Source: Marsupella aquatica (lineage: Eukaryota; Plantae; Marchantiophyta). Taken from it: 64,000 bases of DNA. Positions 25,513 through 37,170 of this stretch are shown here, in pieces. Location: NCBI GenBank assembly GCA_973895155.1, contig OZ316892.1, forward strand, positions 26,621,233 through 26,685,232, written 5' to 3'. A program made the translations under genes and the position numbers. The notes under the pieces are model-generated. The model saw only the letters and a program-made list of their open reading frames with translations, searched no databases and had not been told where the DNA came from. Each line of letters opens with the position of its first letter. Position 1 is the stretch's first letter.

Positions 25513-26693
25513 CTCCGTGCCCTGCAGAAGGACTCCCGAAGGGGGTCGACGTTAACTCCCCCTCCCTCTTTAAATCTTCATAGGGCCTCGTGCCCTCTCC
25601 TTGCGCTTGTGCTCCTGGTCGGCTCCCCCTCCTCGCGCTTAATTAAATGCTGGCCGAGATGCTGGCAACGGGCGCGGGAGGAAGAAAAACGCCGAAGGGA
25701 GGGCGCGCGGCCCTATGCGCGACCCAGGGGCAATGATGAGCCCTGCATGTGTATACACAGGCAGGACTGGGAGACACCTCGCGACGGTAGCTGCGAGGGG
25801 AGGCGAAATGAAACAACGGCCGGTGAGAGAAAAGAAAGAACGGGACCCCAAAGGGTCGTGAAAACGTAAGGCGAAGGGAAGGTGGTCGCGCTGTGACCGG
25901 AAAACACCGAATATGGCCCGAAAAAGGTTGTGGCAGTCAGCAACTGGCAGCCATAGTCGAAAGCAGCAAAGGGTCCCCAGATGCAACCGGAAGCAAAAAT
26001 CGGGCTCCAACGGGAGCGTTATGTGTATACTTATGTTAAGTATACACATAACACCATATTGAACCCATAATTTCAACTCGTCCCTCCGATGTCCGTCAAA
26101 GAAATGGCAATGGCTTCACCAGAAATTGTCGAAATCGTCACGAGCAATCTTCTTCCCCTCACCGCTATCTCAGCAGTTCTTCTTGAATAAAAGGCGTAAG
26201 AGAAACAATTGTACTGAAATCGAATCGAAAACCGGCAGGATGCCAAGATCGGCCGGGAGCATCTAACGAATCACTGTGTGAATCCCTTGTACGGAATCGA
26301 CGAGCACTGTCTGAGCTCTGTCAACAGCGATTCAAGAAGAACTAAAAACCAACAAAGAAAGACATGCCCTAAGTAAACAAAGTCCTGTCGTCACACTAAC
26401 AAGCATGTTTGCTTCAAGAACGCCTGAAATTTGCTATAAGAACATGTCGCTAACTCAAGTAGTACACTAGCCCTAACTACATACCTAGCGGGCATGCGAG
26501 GGACATGCCGATGTGCATAAGAGGCACTGTCCCTCGGCATGACAGCTCTGCTAAGTGTGGGCTTCTCTGGTTATATGCTGCTTTCTAAGGTTATTATTTT
26601 GTTTGTGGGAAGTACAGCTAAGGGTGGCTTTCTATTTGCCCCTGTTTTCACCCAGGACCCACCTAGGCCTGTACTTGCAAAAGAGGGCAGTGC

Positions 26694-26974
26694 CAGTGCA
26701 AGTTTGAAGGAGTTCACTTTTTTGCCAGAGTGGCAAACTTAAAGTGTGTGAAGGCTAGGAGAAGATGCTCAAAATATTCTCTATTCAATTATTTTCCTGA
26801 CCGTCAGATCTCCCTAGATTTAAGGCTGACCGTTAGATTCTGGCTATGGGGCGTGGGATTAGGTGGAACACTGGCTAATGAGACAGCAAAGAAGTAGCGA
26901 ATTTTGCCAAAAGTGGCAAAAGATTTCTGGGGAGGTGGAATCTAGTGAATTTTAGCCACTAAAAAAAAACACTG
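26694..26974. mobile_element. hAT-like non-autonomous element, CAGTG...CACTG termini, 8-bp TSD ggcagtgc
   Basis: TSD at 26686-26693 and 26975-26982. Related fragments (gggaggtggaatctag, aagatgctca) recur at ~52240-52340. Confidence 0.75.
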
Positions 26975-29679
26975 GGCAGTGCATAGCACTTTGTGGGTCC
27001 AAAGTACACTGAACAAATTGGGTCAATTATGCCTATTGGGTAGTGCATCCCTTGTACCTGTTGAGAGGGGTTGCAACATACTACCTGTCAATAGAGGATT
27101 TGTTATTTCAACTTGACGAGCCATAATTATATGTAAATGATAATGACGGTCTGGTCTGAGGTTACTAGCCTGTAATCCTGTGACTAGAAAATAAAAAAAC
27201 CTTCATTGCCCCCAGGAAACTTTTATGAGCGTTTTGGAGTAGGGTTCAAGCTAGAACCCCGACCTCCAGTATTGTCTGGAAAATGGTTACTTTCGGACAA
27301 GAGATTATCAGAATAATGGTACCTCCAAAATTAATGATTATACTTCAGTCAAGTGCAGCATTCCCTTTACCTGAGTCAGTACATACAATCCAGGGCCAAA
27401 TGATGGAACCCAGCCTAAGAGCATCACCTGGCTGATTAGGGATACATATTACTCGATACAATGCACTTTATTGGGGCAAATGGAATATCAGCCAAAGAGC
27501 ATTACCTGGTGATTAGGGTTGACTCACTCCTAAAACCAAAATTTTGCCCATCATTTGGAGGCATGGAACTTAAGAAAGCCCCAATATTGCATTGATTCAC
27601 TCAGCAGGGGTTCTCCCTCAGTCTTCTTTGACTTGGATTCCCTCCTCAGTTATGCCTTGTCATATTTAATTTAGGTTCAAAATCTCAAGCATATATCCAC
27701 AATTTTGTGACATGTGATGGAATCTCCAAGTGAGATGGGGCTAGAGGCCAAGGATAGCGAGACTTCTGACAGCCATTTCTACCAAATAAAGCAATTGGGG
27801 TTCTGAAGATAGAGCCTGGCTGCCATTATTTAGGGGCCAGCCTCTCATTTGATTCCACTACGAGAGATGCTCTCAGAGTGCTTCTTTCTCTTCTCCAGCA
27901 ATACTAAACAAATTGCCCAACATACACATCAAAGAAAACATCACAACCAGAGCACAACGGAAGCAATGCAATTTAGAATAAAATCTTGAAGTAAAAGTAT
28001 TATATACAGGACCACCTTAATTTGTCCCAAGGATTCATAACCAGGATATTTTCTTAAGTAAACAACAAATATACTGGATCGTCGACGTTTATCAGGATTT
28101 CTGCAAACTGGCAAACAAGCGATATCTGCGCGCACGATGTAATTAGATTCCTTCTTGCTACTTAACAATTTTGTTTACACACAATTTTACCATAAGAATT
28201 CAAACTGTAAGCTACCTTTGATCCGACTGACAGTGATATGGCTCTCCACCAAGTCCTGACCAGTGCGATGTAGATGATGAGTGCATCCACAATCTTCATT
28301 AATGGTACTAGTGGCGGTGCTTTGCAAATCTCCTTGGTGGGGCATTACGATTAATAGTATAGATACTGGTGCTCTTACATTATGGATCTTCGCATATATG
28401 GGTCCCGGTCTTAGATCTACCAGATACTATAATGCCTCTATCGACCAGATACCAATCCGTGATATCTCTCCTCATCAAACGGATTGATCCGTCGGCCCCG
28501 CATCATTATTGGAGAACTGGTCGTTTTTTTTAGTATTGAGAGTCCTTCGTACTGATTGCTGAAGAATTGGGAGATTTTGTAAGAATCGAAATTGTTGGCC
28601 TGTACCGTGAAATGAACATCTTTCAATTGACATAATCATTCCATGCTCAGTTGGCTTGCTTGTGCTGGAACATGGATAATAGTTGTGGAAAAAACTATTG
28701 TCGACAGACAGCGTAAATCTGATTGATATTTCCAAGCACAAGACAGATCTTCACAGCAAATGAGTGGAAGTTAAGCTAGCTTCCTTTTTCCAAAGGCCAA
28801 AGGCGAGTGACTGTCTATATTGCTACCAGGAATTCTGCTCGTAACTGGATTCTATATAAACCATGGGCATAACTCGTCCCCCAGGGCTCCGTCAGGATAC
28901 AACTCCTGAACGGACCAAGCCTATAATGACATACTCGTTCGCGCTAACGATACTTCCATTGGAACATTCCTAATCTTCAACGAGTCAAAAGCAATTATAC
29001 AAGAGAACAATCGATTTCATGCAGATCGAGCTCTTTCAATGTAGATCGTATCGATCGGGAGCAGTAGCACGTACCAGCTCACCGTAGGAGATTGTTATGA
29101 TGTCGCAATCGATAGCAAAGTTGATTGATATAGAAAGTATCCGCCATAAACTAATTAAGGTCGAAGATGCGCGAAACAAAACTTCGGAAGGTTGAAAGAG
29201 TACTGGAGTCACATCAATTTGTTAAGTGAGCAAACCTTGTCCATCATTTCTGTAACGAAAAGTACTTTCAAGAATCTAAATTCCTGTCGGGAGGAATCCC
29301 GTTTCATCAGGTTTGAGACGAAAGTTAGCCTATTCGTTCAGTGCCTTCTAGAAACAAATTGAACATCTGTGAAAAGGTTTCAGCGAGGGTTTTAGCCACT
29401 TTGACAGATTAATTAAACCAATATTGTTGGATCTGTATTCAATTGTTCAATCCTCTATACATGAAACTTTAGGTTTAAGCCACTTCGACAATTATGTTGC
29501 ATGCATGGACCGTTGAAGCGCGCGAGGCCTAGAAACCACGATATTTGAACATGAGCTAGCTCCGATAAACTATAGCTTGCGTGTCGTATATACCAACGAG
29601 GACCAGGTCCAAGAATAGTCCCACGTAACCATCAAAACAATTGTATTGTTGTGCCGGGTCCAAGTTGACTAAATTGTGC

Positions 29680-32130
29680 CATCGAAACGGTTTAGCGCTC
29701 CGACTGGCCATATCCTGAAAGGATTGTTCCTCATGTATAGGCAAATGATTTTTAGTTCAGATCCAATGTACGATTCAAACTTACTAACGTCCCCTAGCCT
29801 CCAATAGCGTACGCCTCCTGAACCGATCCCCAAACTGATCAAGCCATAGCGTACTCGTTGACGTTAACGAAGCATCGATCCAATACTTTCAATGACTCAA
29901 CAGCAGTTTATACAAATGAACGAGAACCTACCGATTTGGAAGCTCCGCCACTATCGTATCGAGAGTGAGTAAATGCACAGCACGGATAGATACATGCAGC
30001 CAGCTAATTATGTCATTGTAAAGGAGGATGCTGTGTAGCTAGCTGCACTGTAGAGGAAAATTACTCATCGATCCTATTCGAGAGAAGAGAACTGATCCAA
30101 TTCAAGCAAAAATTGGCTTGCATACTGTCCCGATGATGAGTAAAAGTCCCGATGATGAGTAAAATAATGCACCCTGTAGTAGAAGTACGTACAACTATAT
30201 ATGTCATTAAGGCGCCAAAGGAGGATGGGGTGCTGCTGCAATACATAAAAAAGTTGCAGATCGATACAGAAAACGTCAAGCCGGAAACAACTAGTGCAGA
30301 TGGGACTTTCCTGAAGACGCAGCGTATAATGACAATCATGCATTTGCAGCACACCACAGGCTGGTCAGGATCCACCTGAAGCGACATATCGAACTCGAAT
30401 CCAGGTAAATGCCTTGCCTTATTCCTTGCTCATGAGACTCCAGCTAGCGAAGAAACCTCAAGGAGGGAAGCTGCTGCAAAACCTTCTTTCGACCACCACA
30501 AGTCCCCGAACGAGTCCCAGTAGCAGCTGCTCAGATACTCGATCAACTGATCGCAGCTGGAGGAATTGATCCGCTATCGCAGCAACAACAGACCGTCCAT
30601 CTTCATTTCCTGGCAGTCGAGTTGGGAGTCCATGATGTCACATCGCCAAACTGATCCAGGAGTTCCTGAATAATCGTTGTGTAGATGCGATATTAGCAAT
30701 GATCATCGTGATGCAAGCACTGTACAAAGCACAAGGGGTGGTGAGCATCGTACCGCCAAGCGACAGGAAGCAACGGCTACTTTTGCAGCTGTCTTTGCAT
30801 AAGCAGAAATTGAGTGACTCTGGGTTGAAAAGTTCATCAAGAATGTTAAGGATCGATCAGGCGACCAGAACCACAAGACGAGACTTATAACAGGATTCTT
30901 AGGAGGCCAGCCAAGCCAAGCCCACGGTGGACGGTTTGGAGCAAGGTTTCGAGGAGCATCTACAAAGTACGTTAGTCAGTAGCATCCATGCTATTTCGAT
31001 GAACACCTAGAGGGTACTGGCTAGCAAAGCGGGGCTTACCGATGCCGATCGATGTCATGGAGGAGACGACTAGAGGATTCAATCCATCCAACAATGTCAT
31101 AATCCCTCGGTCAAGTGAGTAGAATTGTTTTTCAGACTTATTACATGAGACATCATAATTGTCGCTTTGCATCATCATGTATATGAGGTCCTGCATATAT
31201 TCTTTGAACCTAATATATAAACCGTCCAATACGTGTGTTGACCACTAAAGCATAGAAGTTTGCCCCGTTACCATCGAAGCCACTGTAGCTAGAGAATGCC
31301 GGAATGGAGTTCTGTTCATGGCGTGCGCGGAGGTTTACAATGTACTACCCTTCAACGTGCGAAAAGGGACTTGGGAAGACATCACACTGACACCACCAGT
31401 CGCTGACAAATCAATGCCGAGATGCTTGGTAGTTTCCAATGCAAGTCATAGACTCTAATCATCATCAAAGCGACATGTGCAAGAGCACGTTTGTGCTGAA
31501 GATCATTGATCCTCATTTAAACACAGGGTTTGGAGGTTGCAAGTTTCCTTGTGGTATAACTCGTGTTTCAGACTTTCAGGTAACGAATCTGTCGTTCCTA
31601 CAGTGAACAGGATGGTAACCTGCATTGCAAACTACCAAGCATCGATCTCCTCCTTCATGACAAATGTCATTCTGCTTTTCTCCCAAGTCCATTCTCGCAC
31701 GTCACAGGGGAGTACATCGTCAACCTCAGCGCACGCCATGAACAGAGTTCCATTCCTGCATGTTTCTCTAGCTACGGTAGCTTCGATGGGAACGAGGCGA
31801 ACTTCCATGCTTTAGTGACGGATTGCAACCTCGAGTATATATATTGTAAACTCGATTGCAATGTTCTAAAGCCATATTCTCAGTTTTGATTAGTGCTCAG
31901 AAACTCAGACAATGAATCCCCCGTCCCAAGGTGTCCCAAGGTGTCCCACTACTTAATTAATATTAGTCTCCAGTTCTATTTCTGCGAAGTCATCTACAGT
32001 AGTCTTTTAAGTCTCTCACTTGCTTGTTCAACCTGGCTTGCACTATGGAGTCAAAACAAGCAACCGTCCTCGCTGTACATTTGTTTTTGTGAATGGACTT
32101 CTCCAAAGGGAATGTGCTTGGCCTAAAGAG
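29680..32130 (+). repeat. Diverged copy of the duplicated unit (upstream region, decayed repeat-protein gene, 3' region, long hairpin)
   Basis: Collinear with 61930-62500, 58000-60690 and 51030-51790. Examples: aaact/cctac(t/c)aacgtcccc and cgcagctgga(c/g)gaattgatccg. Confidence 0.8.
31243..31817 (+). ncRNA. Long imperfect foldback (candidate hpRNA/MIRNA precursor, or foldback element)
   Basis: 31243-31392 pairs with 31665-31817, and 31418-31445 pairs with 31618-31645. TATATAAA at 31214-31221. Paralogous foldbacks at ~46740-47235 and ~51030-51550. Strand is inferred from the TATA box only. Confidence 0.5.
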
Positions 32131-34565
32131 CATACTAATATTAGCCAAACACACTGGTTGAAACTAATTTGGATATGGCTTGTGTTTAGTAGAGGGTCTA
32201 TCAACAACCAAATAAATTGTCGCAGTGGCAAGTTAAACTGTCTGTTTCTGGAAAACATGTTTTTTTCATCTGTGTTCAATCAGCCAAAATTAATGTTTCT
32301 GTGCATGCCTCCCTGGATGGCCCCTGCTTCACCCTCCATGTATTGGCTTTCTATCCTGCACTGGCCCATGGGGAATCACTCGACGTTAGATTATTAAAAT
32401 GGGGTGCAAGCAAATGAAGATTAGTTTTTATCTTGTGGGGTTAATAATTATAATCAAAATCTTACACTAAAGACATTTAAACTCCAATTTTAGTAATAAT
32501 ATTAATTTTTATATTTAGCAAGGTTATAAAAATTTGGCAAGTTAGTATAATAAAGGGTACAAGAGTTTCAGGGGTTTTACTCTAAGTGATTCCCAATGGA
32601 CATTGGCATTGTGTTTGTATAACTATAAAACTGCAATGGAAAGCTATTTTCAGGACCTACCATCTAGAATGAGGGTTCTTGATCGTTCTATAGGGCATAA
32701 TTAAGTTGAATTGGGGCAAATGAAGGTGAATTTCTGAAAATAAATGGTTTGAATGTATCTTGGAATGCACTCAGTCATCTCTATTCAATCATGTTCAAAT
32801 GACCCAGACTCAAGTCTATATATATGTTCAGAGAGACCACACATTGAGTTTGGAAATGTGCCTATCACTTTCCAGATTCAGTCATGCATTAATCAGCAAA
32901 GAATGGTCAAGCTAAGTATGGAATACGTGGCTACAGTGCATGCAGTGCAAGGCCCCGTCTTGCACCTTATAGATGGTTTGGTATATGTCATCATAAGTGC
33001 AAATCCAAGTGAACTTGCAGTATAGATGAAAAGTACTGGAGATAAATTCCTTAAGCATGGCCCCATTCTTGCAATTCTAGATGGTTAATCTGCACTACAT
33101 CATAAGTGCAATTAAAACCCTATGGATCTTGCACTTAGAGATCAAACTAGAGACATTTGCTTGGTGCAACAAACTTTTTGATTGCAATACTTTTTTGGTG
33201 GGTAGCAAAGAGTCACAACGTTCCTGTGTGGTGCAAGGGGTGGCAGTGTATTGCGTACTCAACACCAAATGCTGCTGCAAATCAACCAAGCGAGAGGACC
33301 TGGAGGGAAAAACGTTGCAAGCTAGGTTGAGGCACTTAATCTTGGGGCATTAACTTTATTGAGCAGGATGATAGAGAGCTAACCATTGCGATGCAGCTCA
33401 GGCTAGGCCCTGGTTCAGGTCTCTCCCTCTTCCAATGTACTGACTTATTGCTGGTTAATATACGCATTGCCTGCACTCTGAACCTGGCAACCAATAAAGA
33501 AACTAGCATGGCATGATTGCACAATCATAATAAACTAAGGCACCTCACCATGCAAGCAGGTGTTTGAACAGTCTAGGCTAGGCCACTTCCCCTATTATAT
33601 GGCCAGTGCATATTGGTGGTTTAATGGCAAGGAGTACACCAGGAGTAGACTTTTGTCATGATTTGAGAGAGGACAACATGCCCCAAACGCTACATTCCTT
33701 TCAACTGTATTTTCAAATCTGGTGAATGTTTAACCATAGGAAACTATAGGAGGGCATTAAGATAATTTGTTTAATAATTGAAGGTTTATCGCCAACAAAA
33801 ATGGCCTGTCAATCCGAAAAACAAATCCTTGATCATGTATGATTGAAACCTAAGTAATTGGCTTGCTAGACTCTAGTTTTTGCAGCTTGATCCAAGATTG
33901 CCTTTGGCCCACCATGTCTCCTCCATTCTGGTGAGAAAGCTGTATTTTCTTTCTTGCTTGGAGTGAATTCAAAGCTCAATACCCATGGACTTAGTTTCTC
34001 AATATAGACCCAGCTGTAACCAATAATCATAATGCCCAATGAGTCTGAAATGCGAGCATGGCAGTCCACTCCTCTACCCAGCCATGCAGCAACATAACTT
34101 CTTGCATAGCTTAACTTTGGGTACCTTTGATTAATGATTATTTGGATAAATGGCCAAACTCATTCCATTTGTAAATGTTTGTTAGGGTCAGGGTCAGCTT
34201 TGAATCCCGCTGCAAATGTGTACGCCATGGGCGCAAATACCTAGAATTTGAGGCATCCATGGTGGAGTCCAATAGTGTTCATTCACTGAGAGTTTCAAAT
34301 TGATCAAGAACTTACTAGACAGATCAATAGATGTAATTATTTAGATGTGCCTGGCCATGCCATGTGTATCTGCTTGAATAAGCTGAAAAGAAAACATGGA
34401 TATAAGCAGTGGTAACCTTGGTTGCACCAACTACTCATGTAAGGGCCTTTGTGCCTCTTCTGCCTCTCAGGCCTTTCCCTCTCGTTATTGAATGGGTGTT
34501 TTTGCCGGTGGGATCCTGTCTCCCAGTATCTGGTTGTAAGTAAAGAAGAGAGTTACTCTAAACCC

Positions 34566-36280
34566 CTAAACGTGGCAAGATAATACCTGAATACAACATG
34601 ACCCGCCGACACTAGAACCAAGGATGGATCTTGTACACGGAGTAGCGGACTTGACAAATCGGTTGATAATGAATTTGACCTTGCTGACTACTTTCTCCTT
34701 CCCTTTGTTGTTGTTGTTGTTTTTGTTCTTCTTCTTCTGATTATTGTGAAGGTACTCTGTCTCCCACTTTGATGCTTGCAAAATGCCTAGGTTCTGCGCC
34801 ACCTCCAGATCAAAAGCTCCAGACAGAAGCCCTGCTTGTGAAGAAACCGTGCCCCACTCTTGTGGTGCCATTGACTTACCAAGGAATTCCGCAGGTGCCA
34901 CTAGCGAATAGTTAATTTTCCATTGAAACTGCCCAAATTAGGATGCCTTCTTGGATACTTAGATGGTCGAGACTGAGTGGAATTAACCCCTCCTACATTC
35001 ACAAAGCACCTCTCCGAGAGATGTGTCAGGGAGAAACAGAACAGACACCGAGGTTGCTTATCAATAGTCACACAAGTAATCAAAATCTCTTCTGAATCAT
35101 TCATTGATCTTAAAAACGATCCAAGGCTTCCACTGCCGAACCTGAGTCGATCTGCACCAGTATAATAATACTGTGTTTATCGTGACCAATATGTCTCCGG
35201 ATGACCTTACCAAATCTTAGGAAAACCGGATCAAGAACAAAAAAGATGACTGGGCTAGCCTTGACTATCTGAATAGTCACCAAGAAGACTTTAAACGCCA
35301 CAGGTTTTTCCGGATCAAAACCTGGTAGGTAGGCGTTAACCAAAACCTGTCTATCTTCAATAAGTAGGGGTTTGCCAAGTAAATTGCCGTATAAGCTCGC
35401 ACCACTTGGTGCTCTACCAAAATAAGAGGCGAGGACAGGATCAACGCCTGAATCGAATTCACATCAACCACCTTAATCATATACAGTGCATTTGCAATAG
35501 GTTTGAAGATGGCCAGTTGATGGGAGTGCGGGTGAGAGTGTTGTTAATTGTACAAATTCACCCAGATCTCCGCCTACTGAATATTCACCACCCCTCAAAA
35601 CAAAGGACAACTTTATCTTCAAAGAATTGTATCTGCAGAGATTCAATAATCCCTGGAGCCAAGGATGCTTTGGGGGATGCTCTAGTAACCTCCGACTCCG
35701 GAACAGAAATGGGACCAGCATAAGTCTTTGATTGATTCTGCTCACGATTATTAGAAACAAATTTCCCGCTGATTACAATGAAAGGAATCTCTATTCCAAT
35801 CCAGATAACTATGAGAATCCTGTTGATTCCGAGCCCTTTGACGCCTGGAATCCTCCGAGTTCCAATGGCTATCACCCCGACGAGCCATGACCAATAGCCG
35901 ACCAGGCCATACAAAATAAAGCACCGAACCACACCCAGATTCACAACTGAATTACACGTCAATGAGTATACCACTCTAGACGGATCACCGAAGTACACAG
36001 CAACTCAATCCCACAAAAAACCCCACCAAAAGTGATGATTCGGAGGGAATTTCTCCCAAAAATCCAACTAACTCCGATGTCGCGCCAAAACTCAAAAATT
36101 TGAATGGCTACCAGGGTAATGAAACCACTACATTCTGCTCATCACTTCGCATATTTGCGAAGGAAAGCCATCCTCCCCGCACATGAACCACGCCGCTCAC
36201 CCCGCTCCCCTCCGCTCCGCTCTCCGCTCTCCGCTCAGCCCTCCGCCTCCTAGCTAGGATTCGATTTTTTGTTTCCACCA
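34566..36280 (-). pseudogene. Decayed LINE (L1-like) ORF1 with CCHC knuckle and GC-rich 5' leader, opposite in orientation to the adjacent ORF2
   Basis: RCLFCFSLTHLSERC (CX2CX4HX4C) at ~35010-35051, preceded by FLRFGKVI-type ORF1 sequence; broken frames. Confidence 0.6.
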
Positions 36281-37170
36281 CTCGGCTAATGTCAATTTAT
36301 TCTAGCCTGTAGTGGACCATGAATTGTCATGAATATCCACCGTCCTGCAATAAATATATCATGGGGCCTAAAAGACAAGGAAAGCATACCTACTATTGAT
36401 CGACTGGAGCCAGATCAGGTTATTAAGCAGTGGCAGAAACTGCAAGAAGCTAAGATTTATCGGAGAAAAGCTCATTTAACTGTGGTAGAGGTGAAGCGAA
36501 AAAAGGCTCAAAAACTTCAGGAGGAATAGGAGTGTTTTGCTTCGTAAGATTCAACCTCTTCTGAAGAAAGTGATTATCCCTAGTGTTGGTGTTTGTGACA
36601 GTCCTATGAACCTAGATCTTGCAATCACACCAGAGGCACAGATTGGCTTCAAGGGATTATCAAGCCCTGATAAGCAGCGGAAATCTCACTTCCGTGAGTG
36701 GCAATCAACTTTATCTGAGCAATTGCTAGACATTGCTTATCCAGAGGTTGAAGTGAAGAGGACTGATTCTCATCTGGAAGGGTCTAATAAGGTTGTTCAC
36801 CAAGTCATCAAGCAGTGGGAGAAGTCTCAAACTGTTGCTTCAGAGATCATTTGGTTCGACAAAACGTAAAGGAGGGTTAAATTTTGGTATTGAATTCGGA
36901 TATTTCGAATAAGGCGTGCAAGGGCTTGTTCAAACAGCCGGAGTGCAAAGAGTCAATCAATCCTACATCTGCTTTAATAGTACCGGTTGTGAAGCTTGGA
37001 GAAGCTTTGCATACCTAACAGGTTTACAACCTGTAATAGTGACTGAGGGAGTTTCACAACTTCCCGGAATCACTGCTCTAAAAGGATTTGCTGGTTGTGA
37101 GGGTTGTGATGGAGGACGGTCCGAAATAATCTTGTAAGCTGGTTTTCAGGCTATTGGTTGGTGAGATAAG

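Larger units (their letters stand above)
17458..26395 (-). mobile_element. Decayed Ty3/Gypsy-type retrotransposon encoding Gag - C5 DNA methyltransferase - RT - RNase H - integrase - PHD
   Basis: RT-RH-IN domain order is Gypsy-type; the frame has many frameshifts and stops. Boundaries are tentative, set at the shared ctgtcgt(g/c)aca motifs at ~17458-17468 and ~26385-26395. No long LTR pair found by eye. Confidence 0.9.

Noticed and set aside
26018-26052. Resemblance to a bacterial dif or loxP-type recombination site
   Set aside because: Only a partial AT-rich similarity (ttatgttaa), and no tyrosine recombinase is encoded; kept only as a hairpin.
27941-28300. Possible small secreted-peptide gene on the minus strand (MKIVDALIIYIALVRTWW...)
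   Set aside because: Short, with a weak splice donor and no recognisable downstream domain; cannot be supported.
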